From the NCBI RefSeq assembly GCF_009914755.1, contig NC_060941.1: DNA of 64,000 nt; one strand, given 5' to 3'. Made by a program: the position numbers and the translations under genes. Below are positions 17,499 to 44,554 of the stretch, piece after piece. Source of the DNA: the human T2T-CHM13v2.0 reference genome, Homo sapiens. Position 1 is the stretch's first letter. Every line of letters begins with the position of its first letter. Under the pieces are notes generated by a model, which was given only the letters and a program-made list of their open reading frames with translations, did not search any database and was not told the origin of the DNA.

Positions 17499-18009
<511 letters not shown>

Positions 18010-18061
18010 TAGCTCGTCTCCAGCTTCATGGTCTCCTATGATTAAGACAATGTCAATGTAA

Positions 18062-18262
<201 letters not shown>

Positions 18263-18432
18263 TAGAGACGGGGGTTTCACTACGTTGGCCAGGCTGGTCT
18301 TGAACTCCTGACCTTGTGATCCGCCCGCCTCGGCCTCCCAAAGTGCTGGGATTACAGGCGTGAGCCACCGCTCCCGGCCTACCACTATTTTATTTTATTT
18401 ATGTATTATTTATTTATGTTTTTGAGACTTGA

Positions 18433-18579
<147 letters not shown>

Positions 18580-18859
18580 TAGTAGAGACGGGGTTTCTCC
18601 ATGTTGGTCAGGCTGGTCTCGAACTCCCGACCTCAGGTGATCCGCCCGCCTCGGCCTCCCAGAGTGCTGAGATTACAGGTGTCAGCCACCGCGCCCGGCC
18701 CACCACTCATTTTTATAGACAATTTTTTCTAAGGGACCTCGTAGACAATACTTTGGGGAACCGCAGAGCACAGTTGGGGAAAACACAGTAATACCATCTA
18801 AGTTTCTTTACTGAGGACCTCAGAGCCGAATGGCCTCTATGGATGCCATAGAGACCAAT

Positions 18860-20620
18860 ACGGACTGAGGGTTTAAAGAAGATGGTGTCCGCCGCAGGAC
18901 CGCTCTATCTTCTCGGGTGAACTCTATGGCAGAGCATAGGCATTCGATTTAGAGAAGTGAAGCCGAGATGGGTGGGAACCCGACCACACTAGCGCGCTAG
19001 AAGAGTGGGGCGGAAAGACATCTCCCGCGCATGTGTGGAACTGGGGGGACTGATTCCAAGACAAGGCGCCCACCCCACAGAGCAAGTTTTCTGAAACGTG
19101 TGAGTCGTTTAAGTCCAGTTAAAGCCGAGGTGGGGCGTATCCTGAGACGCATGCGTTCTAGACGAGACAAGTGATCTAGCGGCGTGGTCTTTTCAACGCC
19201 TGGCGTACTGACGGCGTCTGAGGTGGAAGGGGTTGTTTAGGATTCCGAACACGCATGCGTTCTGAGACCCAGGCGTTTCCTTTAGAGGGTGTGGAGTGCA
19301 GGGCTCCTTATTGCGCAGGCGCAAGGACTGCCCGGTAGGACGAGCGGTCTATCAAGGGGAGGGAAGATGAGGTTGAAGAGATTAAAAAACCGGGTGCGCC
19401 TGCGCGTTGCAGATTAGTTGAAAACGCTCAGGGTTTGTGAGGGGCGGGGTCACGTATGCGCGTCATTGGACGGGTCGGTGGGAGGGAGGGTGGAGATGGG
19501 TAGGGTGTGTGCGCTTGCGCAGTGCGGGGGTGGAGGGCGGAGGAGATAGATAGCACGCTTGCGCGGCTGTCATAGGGCTGCTTGGTTGGTCAGTGGGGAG
19601 TCGGCGCCTGCGTACTAAGACCCGTGTGCAGCAGCGGCGGCGGCGGTAGAGGCGGCGGCGGCGGCGGCAGCGGGCTCGGAGGCAGCGGTTGGGCTCGCGG
19701 CGAGCGGACGGGGTCGAGTCAGTGCGTTCGCGCGAGGTGAGAGCGGGCAGGGCGCGTGTGCGCGGTACCTTGGCTTGGGCCCGGGAGAAGATGGAACTGC
19801 GCGGGGGTCGGGGAGGGGGCAGAGGGGAGCGGCGGCCGCCGCCGCACGGGTTCGGCCAGAGAGCGGCGCGAGGTGAGGAGAGGCGCGGGCGCGCGCCCCG
19901 GTTGGCGCGCGGGGTGACGGTTGGGGTTGGCCCGGTGACGTTGGAGCGACGCAGGGCGGGGGACGGCGAGCCGCGAGGCAGCCACGCGGGAGAGGCCGCC
20001 AGGCGGCCACGCCGGGGCGAGGGCCAGGGGCCAGATCGGCCCACCGGGGCAAGGGTACCTGGGCCGTTGAGGACCCGGCTCAGCGCGGCCACGTGAGGTG
20101 GGGGAGGGGGCTATTCGGTGAGAGGGCATGATGGGGGGGGTTGGCGGACGGCCGGGGGGAGGGGAGGCGGCGTGGCTCCGGCCTGGCGCAGTCTCTGAGG
20201 AGGGGGCGGCCGCGGCACCGGAAGTGCCCCCCACGGGAGGCTGCCCTCGGGGTCGCAGGCCGCATGGCCAAGCGTGGACCGGGGCCGCATGGCAGCGCGG
20301 GGACCCCTCCCCCCAGGTCCCGGCCACCGGAAGCCCGGAACGGCCACATGGTCGGCAGGAGCCGGCAGCCCCTAGCGCGGGGAGCTAGTCCTCGCGGGGG
20401 TTCCGAGGGGGCCTGAGATTTTGAGGAGTGGAAGCCGGAGGCTCGGGTCCTAATCACCCCGGAGGGCCTGCTGCAGGCATATGTTAGCGCTTCCCAACCT
20501 CAAGGGCCCCAGGAGCTTTCCTGAAAAACCCTCCTGTGAAGTGTGGCGGTCAGCCAGGTGTAAGTGGCACCCCTTCGAGCTGGGAGGCCGGAGAAATGGG
20601 GAAACAGGGCGTTTGGACAG
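18860..20620 (+). promoter_or_regulatory. EIF5A CpG-island promoter with several alternative first exons
   Basis: CpG island with NRF1-like GCGCNNGCGC motifs. Donor sites start at 19100 (CGT|gtgagt), 19737 (GAG|gtgaga), 20093 (CAC|gtgagg) and 20560 (GGT|gtaagt). GGC runs at about 19633-19670. Confidence 0.8.
19031..19099 (+). CDS. EIF5A: EIF5A alternative coding first exon (N-terminally extended isoform A)
   Basis: ATG at 19031 gives MCGTGGTDSKTRRPPHRASFLKR. The phase-0 donor splices to 21599 (LESKPLK-M), in frame with the main ATG: 30 extra aa, 184 aa total. Confidence 0.85.
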
Positions 20621-21619
20621 GAGCCCAACTTTTCTGTCGGCCTGGGTGGACAGCGCCTAAAAGCCTCAGGCAGATGAGTTTCCCACCGTGATAGGCGTTC
20701 TTCACCTTGTCACTGTCTTCCTGTTGTAACTGGTTTGGGAGTTCCACGGTTTCGAAGTCCTTAACTCTACTAGCCTAGTATGATTTTCTACTACTCACTA
20801 CTACCAACCTTTTGCTTTCATTTTATTGTCATTCACCACCCCCCACCTCTCCCACTTTCTACTGACTGTACTGGCCCGGCCTGAAAAGCCGACAGGACAG
20901 ATGCATCCTGGGAAAAGTGGGAGGGCCTTCCAGGAGAGGCTGGGTTCCTGGGTTCTCTTTGGGAACCAAGATCGAGGTGTTTGGCAGGGGGATCATTTCG
21001 GAAACAACTTTGCTTTCTCCCCCTTGGCTTGTTGCAAGTGCATGTTGGCGAGGCGGGAATCCCCCAAAGAGGCCTTGTGGTTTCCTGTAGCAGTGACTGG
21101 TTTGTGTGTGGATGGGGGGGGGCAGTGTAACAGATGGGTGGGGCCTTGTCCTCCGGTCTCCACCCTCCCCCCCCCCAATTAGCCCTGCCCTTTTGCTGGA
21201 TCATAGCTGCTCACCTAATTATAGCCCTGGCTATATGTGGGGAAGAGGGGTGGTTGGTTTCAGTGGCAAGTAACACCTGAGTCCTCCCCACTCCCAGGAA
21301 GTAGGCCTTTTCTCATCTCTGAGATTTGACATTCCAGCTCCCTAGAGCCTTCCTTTCCCAAGCCACCACTTTAGCTTTGATTTATGGGGGAGAAACCAGC
21401 TATTCCACCCTCCCATACACACACCAGTTCTTGAGTATATTTGAGCCCAGTCAGTATTTTAAGTTCAGGAACTTTGACTTTATTTTAGGTGGGTAATGGA
21501 ATAAAGAGTTGGGAAAATGTTTCTGGAGAGAAATGGGATAGATTGGAGGTCCTGTTGACCTCCATGCTTATTCACTTCAGTTCTCTTCTTGGCTCTAGTT
21601 GGAATCGAAGCCTCTTAAA

Positions 21620-23624
21620 ATGGCAGATGACTTGGACTTCGAGACAGGAGATGCAGGGGCCTCAGCCACCTTCCCAATGCAGTGCTCAGCATTACGTAAG
21701 AATGGCTTTGTGGTGCTCAAAGGCCGGCCATGTAAGATCGTCGAGATGTCTACTTCGAAGACTGGCAAGCACGGCCACGCCAAGGTTAGAATTTCACCTC
21801 CGCATCTTGCCTTCCCCATGCCTCCAGTATCTTTGGCGCTCCCAGCAGCAAGCTGCCAACAGTGCTGACTTTCCTTTAACTCTGCTTTTACTGTCTGATT
21901 GTTTTTGTTTAGCGCTCAGCCTTCATACCCATTCAGACAACTACACCTGCTCCCCAGTCTTCAGCCTCTTCTGTGGTTACCCTTCTGTCCCCGCATCATT
22001 CTCTGGCAGTCCCTCCGTTTCTCCAGCTTTGTGCCAATCTCTTCAATTCATAGGCCTTTATGCTCTAGCTATTCAGTTGCTCCTTCCTTATTCTTGGTTT
22101 TCACTTTTTCTTTCTTCCCTTGAGCCGTTGTTAAGTGGTTGCTTCCATCACGTTGCCCAGGGTTTCTCCAATTCTACGCCTTCCCCTGGAGGGACTCCTG
22201 CGTCAATTCTGAGCTTTCAGGTCACCTTGCTGCTTCGTTCCCCAGTTCTAGCTTTCCCTTTGGAACTCTGACGCAGGATCAAACTGCCCCTACCTGCCCC
22301 ATCCCACTCTCCTTGGGTTCCTTGAGCCTCCATGCTTTCATGGGTTTTAACATTCTTGCTAGCACTTCCCTCATCACCTCAGACTTTTCCTGTCTCTTTA
22401 GAATTTCAACCTGATTCGTTCTTGTTGAATTTCTTGTGGTGTTTTTCCTTAATCAGTTTTTCCATCTTTTGACTTGACATTGATCTTGGATTATTCTCTA
22501 GTGTCTGGATCCCTCTCTGTGCTCTTCTGGCTTCCTTATTTTCTAGCTACATAGTTATTTCTGATCTCCCTGCAAGTCCTTTTCTTCAGCTCTTTCACAT
22601 TTCTTAGTTTCTTATCCTTTCCCTTCTACCTTCCTTATTCCCCAGTTTCTCAGCTCCTTCTCCTGGTGTCCGGAAAACTCTTCGAAACTTTTACTCAGAC
22701 TCCTCCCACTCCCCTAGACTCTTAGCATCTTATCTTTTATCAAGGTAACTGTCTTCTCCAAGCCTGCCATGCAGTTTTCTATTGTGCTGTCAACCCCAAT
22801 CTCAACGGTGGTTTTTTAGCCTCTGTTTTTTTTCTTTAAGAGGCTTTACTGTTTCTTGAGTTGACTGGTTCAATTCCAACACTCCAGTCTTTGCCCCAAC
22901 AATGTAATTCTGACTTCCCTCATCAGGCAAGGTCAATTTGAGCCTTTATTTCCTCCGTTTTAGAGTTTGGTTGGGTTTCTCTTTGTGATGCATACATACA
23001 GGTCCATCTGGTTGGTATTGACATCTTTACTGGGAAGAAATATGAAGATATCTGCCCGTCAACTCATAATATGGATGTCCCCAACATCAAAAGGAATGAC
23101 TTCCAGGTATGTAGATGGTCTGGATGAGGATGGGTTAGCGGTTTATGGTGGAGGGAGGGGTTGGGGGATAGGGACTGACCAGGAGAGCTTGTGCTGGGAG
23201 AGAGGAGGGAAATGGCAGGAGAGGGTGTTTGGTATTAGTTTGCTATCAGTCCAGTTTGTCTATCAGAGCCTTTACTGTCATGTCAGCCTCCCTGGGCCTA
23301 CTACCTTCAGCCTCCTTCCCTATCTGCCCCCAGCTGATTGGCATCCAGGATGGGTACCTATCACTGCTCCAGGACAGCGGGGAGGTACGAGAGGACCTTC
23401 GTCTCCCTGAGGGAGACCTTGGCAAGGAGATTGAGCAGAAGTACGACTGTGGAGAAGAGATCCTGGTATGGTGCCTCCCTCCCTGCTTCTGTGCTCAGCT
23501 TTGTTCTGTACGTTTCTTCCTGAGCTCAGACATCTCTTGGCTATCCCTCTTGCTTCTCCAGATCACGGTGCTGTCTGCCATGACAGAGGAGGCAGCTGTT
23601 GCAATCAAGGCCATGGCAAAATAA
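21620..23624 (+). CDS. EIF5A: Eukaryotic translation initiation factor 5A-1 (154 aa)
   Basis: Coding segments 21620-21784, 23002-23106, 23334-23465, 23562-23624 total 465 nt. [22 protein letters not shown]...[12 protein letters not shown] contains the hypusine Lys50 (codon 21767-21769). Ends ...AIKAMAK*. Confidence 0.98.
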
Positions 23625-23805
23625 CTGGCTCCCAGGTGAGTGTGACAAATCCCTCACTGTCCCCTTCACATTTTGTTGTCCTCAGCAGAGCTGCTGTAGT
23701 CTTAATTGTTTCAGGCTTACTTTCTGCCCCTAGCCTGGCTCTGTCCTCCCTATCCTTCCTGTTGAAGGTATTATCCTGTCTTACTAATTTCTCTCTCCTA
23801 CCTAG

Positions 23806-24440
23806 GGTGGCGGTGGTGGCAGCAGTGATCCTCTGAACCTGCAGAGGCCCCCTCCCCGAGCCTGGCCTGGCTCTGGCCCGGTCCTAAGCTGGACTCCTCC
23901 TACACAATTTATTTGACGTTTTATTTTGGTTTTCCCCACCCCCTCAATCTGTCGGGGAGCCCCTGCCCTTCACCTAGCTCCCTTGGCCAGGAGCGAGCGA
24001 AGCTGTGGCCTTGGTGAAGCTGCCCTCCTCTTCTCCCCTCACACTACAGCCCTGGTGGGGGAGAAGGGGGTGGGTGCTGCTTGTGGTTTAGTCTTTTTTT
24101 TTTTTTTTTTTTTAATTCAATCTGGAATCAGAAAGCGGTGGATTCTGGCAAATGGTCCTTGTGCCCTCCCCACTCATCCCTGGTCTGGTCCCCTGTTGCC
24201 TATAGCCCTTTACCCTGAGCACCACCCCAACAGACTGGGGACCAGCCCCCTCGCCTGCCTGTGTCTCTCCCCAAACCCCTTTAGATGGGGAGGGAAGAGG
24301 AGGAGAGGGGAGGGGACCTGCCCCCTCCTCAGGCATCTGGGAGGGCCCTGCCCCCATGGGCTTTACCCTTCCCTGCGGGCTCTCTCCCCGACACATTTGT
24401 TAAAATCAAACCTGAATAAAACTACAAGTTTAATATGAAG
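23806..24440 (+). other. EIF5A: EIF5A terminal 3'UTR exon with poly(A) signal
   Basis: 3'UTR intron 23636-23805 (gtgagt...cctag); AATAAA at 24415-24420. Confidence 0.85.
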
Positions 24441-24739
24441 CCCCCAACTCAGCTGCTTATTTGAATTAAATGGGTGTATTTGGAAGCCACAAAAAGACTG
24501 AACTCTGCCACTGAGTTCACTGGAACCCGCTGTCTATCACTTTGACTTGCTGTGGACCTGCCAGCCATCCCCCCACCCTCCAAGCAACCTTGACCTATTC
24601 CAGACAGTTGGGTGGGAGGCAACACAAACAGCAGCAGCCAGGGGCAGTGGCAGGTAGATTTTATTGGCCTGGGACACACAGGGGATACCCTCACCCACGA
24701 TGGGGTGGGGGGTGTGGTGTTGAAGATATAATCTGATGG

Positions 24740-27036
24740 TCACTTGTGGTAGAATCGCGGGTTCTGGCTGTGTTGGATGAAGGGGAGCCGAGGGCCAGGT
24801 TGGCTGGTAGCTGCAAAGCCCGACTGGTGGTGGTGATGAAAAGAGGGCTTTGTCACTGGGCATACTCTCCCTTCCACTTAATACCCTACTGATAACCACC
24901 CCCAAAGAGGAAGGAAAAACCAGATGATGTGGGCCACCTGTCCTACCTAATCCTGCTTTTCCGGATCCCTAGTGTAGGGATTCTGACAGGTAAATTCTAT
25001 TACCATTCTTACCTTTCCTGCTGGCTGCATCTGCACAGGGAGCTGGGGGGAAGCAAGGAGTCCAGGGGCTGGATGCAGAGCCTGGGGGTGCATGGGGCGC
25101 AGAGAGGACTGCAGAGAACAGAGTCAGGGCCTGAGGCATACTGAAGCTCCCCTTAACATATCCCTAACCCTGACCTCCCAAGGTGCCATACTCACTGAGT
25201 CGGAGAAGCCAGTCTGCTGGTTAGCATGTTCCATCTGCTTTTGCAAGGACAGGGCACCACCAGGCTGGAGGAAACCTAGGTGGGGAAGAGGGGCATGTGA
25301 GATGAGAATGAAACAGGGAGGGGAGGACCTGAGAGCTAGAGCTCCTGCATGGGATGTTATCACCTGTCTGAGTGGGCTGAAAGTGGCCATGCACAGCATA
25401 GGGCTGTGGCTGTGGCTGAGATAGGTACTGCACTGCAGGGAATGCCGAAGGAGCTGAGAAAGGAAAAGACAGAGCCATTAAAATCTTTTACTGAATGGCA
25501 TTCCTCCTTTGACCTTGAGGAAGGCCAAGCCCCATCCCTCCTATTACTCACCTCTGAGCTGCTGACTAGGACTATAAGCTGGCTGTGTGGGCCCATAGTG
25601 AGGTGGGGGCTGAGCAGTCCCATAGGCACCACCAGGACTGCCTTGGAATTGTCCATGCTCTGGTGTCCCTGCAAAAGCAGCTGCTGAGCCCACGTAGTGC
25701 CGGGTCTAAGGAAGGAGAATGAGAACTCGCCTACAAACTCCTTGAAAGCTGAAACCCAGTGACTTGTGTGTATCTGTATGCCCCGTTTCCCCCTAAACTT
25801 AAGTGCTTGATATGTTTGTGACTTGAATACTGGTGGCAAGGATGCATGGATGGAAGTACTAGGGGCTAGGCATCCAATCCTACTCTCACCGTAAGCACTT
25901 GGGGTCCAAACATTTGTTTGGCTCTGTCAGCTGCCATGAGGGTGCCTGGGCGATTGTGTCCTCCAGGGCTCCCTAGAAAGGGAGAAGGGCTTCATGATGC
26001 TGAAATGGGAGGCTGTGACCTCCAAGAAGGCCGGTTCCATCTGGTGGTTTCTTTAGTCCTCACCCTGCATGCTGAGGAGATGAGTTCCTGTGTGAACAGT
26101 CAGGCTCTGCTGGTATGCAGCTGATGTTAGGGTGGTCAGGTCACTGGAGTGAAAGGAAGACAGGTCAAAGTCAAGGACAGATGCCTTCTCTTTTGCCATT
26201 AAACACTGGTTCTTTTACTACCTGATCCCAGTTCCACTTGGCCCCCATTTCAGTTTTTAGCACTCTGATCCCACCTCTGTTCCTTTCGCCTCCGTTTTTC
26301 TTCCTCATGTAAAACTTTCTTGAGCTGCAGGAAAAGCTGGTGCTTCTCTTCCTGTAGAGCCAAAAGCTTCTCCTCCAACTTCAGAATCTGGGATGGGGTG
26401 GGAAAAGAAGATGAAGGCAGGGAGAGTCAAACGAAGAAATCAAAGCTGGGAAAGTTCAAGGGACTGCTTACTTGTTCCTTGGTCTCCTCTAATGACATTC
26501 TCTCTTCCATCTCCTTTTTCTTCCTTCTCTCCTGTTCTTCCTTCATCTTCTGTTCCATCATCTTATCCACCTCTTCTTCCTCTGGAGAATCAGGCAGAAT
26601 GAAGAAGAGGCAGGGTAGTGAAAACAATTCCAACGTTACAGATTGAAGACCAGCAAAACCCAGTCATCCCAACACGCCTGTATGCTCTTTGCCTCGAGGG
26701 GACAAGCTCCCCATCGCGGCAATAGGGAACGGAAAGGCTTTATCAGGTGCTCTCCAAGGTCCTTCCCATCTCAAGGGTTCTGGAGCGTGGAACAGGACGC
26801 TTAAATCCCACCACAACGGGGCTATTCCTTCCCTCCTCTGCGCTCGGCAGCGGGCGCGCTGGTTGGCCGGTGGGTTGAGGCCAGCCTTGAGGTACAGGAG
26901 CCATTCTGGGCCGTGCGTCCCCCTGCTATGGCCCCGGCTCACCCTGCCGCTTGCGCTCCCGCTCCATCATAATGTGCCGGTGCAGCGCCCTGGCCATGGC
27001 GTTGGAAAGCTTGGGGCGCTCCAGGAGTGCGGGCAT
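24740..27036 (-). CDS. GPS2: G protein pathway suppressor 2 (NCoR/SMRT-HDAC3 complex subunit), 327 aa
   Basis: Coding exons 26943-27036, 26472-26581, 26275-26387, 26064-26143, 25890-25972, 25552-25705, 25364-25453, 25196-25275, 25013-25108, 24740-24823 total 984 nt. MPALLERPKLSNAMARALHRHIMMERERKRQ...QNPRFYHK*. Poly(A) signal on - strand at 24660-24665. Confidence 0.97.
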
Positions 27037-27039
27037 GGT

Positions 27040-27600
27040 GCTGCCGTGGGCGCTCGGGCCGTGGGCGCCCGGCTGTCTCTGACTGCCAGACCTCAGACGG
27101 GGCCTGCGGGGAGGCGGGCGCTCAGAGGGGGCCGCGCCCGGCCCAGGCGGAAGCCCGTCCGCCCGGCCCGCTCGCCGCCCCGGTCACGTGTCCCAGGAGC
27201 CCGCCACCCGGCCGGGACCGCAGCCCCAGTCCCACCGCGCGCGGGCGGCGCCGGGGTCCCCGGCTCGCTGCTGCCGCTCCCTGCCCAGCCAGCGCGGACG
27301 ACTGCCCTTCCTACCCGCCTTCTCTGCGCTTTCTCAGCGGCTCCGACGCGCCCTGGCCCCTGCGTCACATCCGGCGGCCCGGCCGAGTCCTTCCGGAGTC
27401 ACGGCGGCGGCCGACCTCACAGGTGAAAGAAGGCGGAAGCGCGCTGCGACGGGTGCCCGCGGCGTACAAACCCCGTCGCCGGGAACGTGAGCGACGACGG
27501 CTGCAGACTGGCCTTGGCATCCTCAGCTCTCTTTAATTTCGCGGGCCCACCTGGTGGCACCCCAGGGGACGCGGGCTCCGGAGAGGGGCGCGCGAGAGAG
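27040..27600 (-). promoter_or_regulatory. GPS2 CpG-island promoter and non-coding exon 1
   Basis: CpG-rich. Non-coding exon donor GCGG|gtagga at 27315/27314, exon-2 acceptor at 27104/27103. CRE-like tgcgtca at 27361 and ETS ttccgg nearby. Confidence 0.7.
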
Positions 27601-28106
27601 AGGCCGAGGCGGAGGCTCTGAGACGGTGTTTATTGGCTCCTTAGAAATCAGAGTCAGTAACAACTGTACAGAGGCCCCCATCTTCCGTGCGCCCACCCTT
27701 CCCCACTCCCGCCCGGTGGCCCCGGAAAAAGCAGCTTCATGTGGGCACAGGGAGAGACTCCTCTGGGATTCACAGTAACCAGAAACAAAAACGGAAATAA
27801 ATTAAGTGATGTGGGGTAGGGGAGTAAAAGGGAGTCATGTTCCCCAAATCAGTGCATGAAGAGGGGTACCAGGGCCTGGAGCTGGGCTCCCACGACTCCT
27901 CCCATCAGACGGAGTGCTGGGCCTCCGGACATGGAGCTGTGCCACTTGCCACCTACATCTGAGAGCCTGCCTACATGCTCCTGCGCGGCTGCCAAGCTCC
28001 AGCACCTGCGCATGCCACGAGTCACGGGAATGAGGTGGAGGCAGTCGCCACTCAGAGTCCATGGGCCCGCGGCCCGACTGTGCTTGTAGTAGTGGTGTCT
28101 CACCCC

Positions 28107-41296
<13,190 letters not shown>

Positions 41297-42436
41297 CTCC
41301 GCTGACACCGGGGCAGCGCGACAGCCGCGCTTGGCGGCACCGTGGCAACCGCGTCGGGCAGACAGTCCGAGGGATACGACCGGGGGGGCTGAGGCCAGGT
41401 ATGCTTTACGGCACTGCCGGGCAATGAAGCAGCCCGCGCTAGGAGCTGGGGACGACCACGATGAGAACAGAAGGACACGGGGTCGGGAGCCTCGCTTTAC
41501 GGCATAGCGAGGTGACGGAGCGGCTCCGAGGGGGACGAAGACCTGGGCAGGGAGCTTTTGCGACAGTGGGAGAAAGACACGCCCACCGCAGGCATCTTTA
41601 CGACGGTGGGGTGCTGGAGCCCAAACACTTTCTGCTTTGCGACAGCGGCACCGACGACCCCGCCCTCGCTAGGGGGCGGTGACACCTTGAAGCACTCGCT
41701 TTACGGCAAGAGGGGGTGTCTCCCCTCGGGATGCAGGCTCCAAAGCAGCGTGAGCCGAGTCTGGAGGACCCAGAGAAGCGGTAGTGAAAGTCTCTTCCCG
41801 CCACCCGACTGAGGACGAAGTGTCTTGCAACAGTGCGGCAGTCCTTCCACTTTGCCTCACACCTCTTCTGATTGGCTGAGCTAGCCGACTGGCGGGGGTG
41901 GGGGAAGCTCGCTGATAGTTCAAGTCAAGCCCAGCTTCAACTCCAACTCAACCAAACTATTCCATGTTAAGACCACAAAGAGTCTAAAGAAGTCCCGACA
42001 GGCCGTTTCAAGCGACAGCGTTGATGACCCCAAAAGATCTCCCTTAGAGCTATTAACAAGCCCCCTGCCCAACTCCCCGAAGCTCAAGCTCAGGCTGGAG
42101 GACCGTGAGGTCACAGTCGAAGCTCCTGGCCTGGCCCCCTGACTGGGATTGGCTGGTTTGGATGAGGGTGGTGATGGAGAAGGGCGGGAACAAATTGCCC
42201 AGACAAAGAAAATCTTTGGGTGGGACACAAAGGAAAGGGGCGAGCGGAGGGACCCCCAGCCCGAGTCTCTATATAGTCTTGATTCCGCCCGCCGCAGCTC
42301 TGGAGCAGGGGAGAAGTGGACCCGGGACTGAGCCCGAGCATCCCCGGCCGGCAGCGGTGGGGGCGGGGCCAGGGGCGGGGCTACGTGGAGCCGGGAGGCG
42401 GGTCAGGATCGCTGAGAGCAGCCCCCCAGTGGGGCC
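41297..42436. promoter_or_regulatory. Putative bidirectional CpG promoter between NEURL4 (-) and the IPP-2-like locus (+)
   Basis: The two ATGs are about 1.14 kb apart head-to-head. CpG-rich, with GC boxes at 42358-42380, ATTGG near 41872 and TATA-like ctatata near 42268. Confidence 0.6.
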
Positions 42437-42988
42437 ATGGAGAAGGTGGAGTCCCTAGGGGCTGCTGGCGGCCTCAACCGGGATTCCCCTGGAGGGGCAG
42501 CCAGAGGAGTGCCCGCAGCGGTCACAGGAGTCGAGGCAGGCGCTGGGCAGCCCTCCAGAGTAGTCTTGTTTCACGGTTCTGGGCCCCACGTGCACTCAGG
42601 GGGCTCCGTAACTCATAGTACTGGTTCAAGCTGTCCCTCCGGGGGGATAGTGGTCCTTGGTTCCGGGCCCAGTCAGCACCCAAGGGAGGCTGCGAACCAC
42701 AGCCTTGGGTCTGGCAGGAACCCTGGTGGATTCAACATCCCCGGGCCTCGAACCAGTGTATCCAGGGCTTCCAGCCCCGGGCCTGGGGGACCTGCAGGGC
42801 AAGAGGTAAACAGCCCCGGGTGCAGTCCGCACTCTGGGCCAACTTGCTTGAACCCCCAAAACTCCCAAAAGGACCGGCCCCGGAGCATCCTACGAAAGAA
42901 CAGCTCCAACTTGATGCAGAAATCCCCCAATGTGGAGAAGTAAGGAGCCCAGCTCTGCGGGCAGCCAGCCCAGAGTCGGGAGGGTTCA

Positions 42989-43840
<852 letters not shown>

Positions 43841-44554
43841 CTGTTTTGAATGACTGGGAAAATGAGGGAGGCCTATGGGGGGGTCATTAGAAGGTCTCCT
43901 CCCCCAGCCCCAGAAGGAAGTCTCAGCACTGGGACGAGATGAATATCCTGGCCACCTACCGCCCTGCTGACAAGGACTATGGATTTATGATGGTGGATGA
44001 GCCCAACACTCCCTACCACAGGTGCTGAGCCCTCAGCCCCAACCCTTCAGTCCAGAGATTCTTCTCTATTTAAAGGAGGGGACAGGTGGAGGAGGCAGAG
44101 CGCCTCAGGGACTGGATACTGCCTGACACCCACCTCCCGGCACTGCTTCCCCCTCCTCTGCAGGCTGCAGGACAGTTTTGAGGACCTCTCTGCCGGCTCC
44201 TCCTGCTCAGTGAATCCTGGAGTGCTGGCAGAGAGGTAAGAGTCCTGCCAGAGATCAGCCGGGTTATGGGGCCTCTTCCTTCCCTCAGCCCTGAATTCAG
44301 GTCTGCAGCGGGTCTGCTTTCTGACACCTGCAGTGGGAGGTGCTACAATTTCCATCAGGCCTGGATGGGGGCAGGGGTCCGCCAATTTGGCCTCGTTTAC
44401 CACCTGTCCCCATTGCTATTTTCTTCTCTTGATGCCCCCAACTAGTCTCCTGCCCCTTCAGGATTGCCATGATGGACAGTATCTGCCCCAGGTTCCGCCA
44501 GGACTGTGCTGACAGGAGCTCAGGGCCTGCAGACAACTTTTCCAAGATACATGA

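Noticed and set aside
19463-20457. Several 130-210 aa Arg/Pro/Gly-rich ORFs at the EIF5A promoter
   Set aside because: GC-rich artefacts with no recognisable domain or splice support.
21489-22271. 260-aa ORF overlapping EIF5A exon 2 in another frame
   Set aside because: Non-ATG start; it stays open because the pyrimidine-rich intron lacks stops, and its Leu/Ser/Phe composition is low complexity.
43914-44021. Interpretation of the IPP-2-like match as an ordinary processed PPP1R2 pseudogene
   Set aside because: The motifs are spread over separate exons with GT-AG introns in compatible phases, and no poly(A) tail or TSD bounds the unit.
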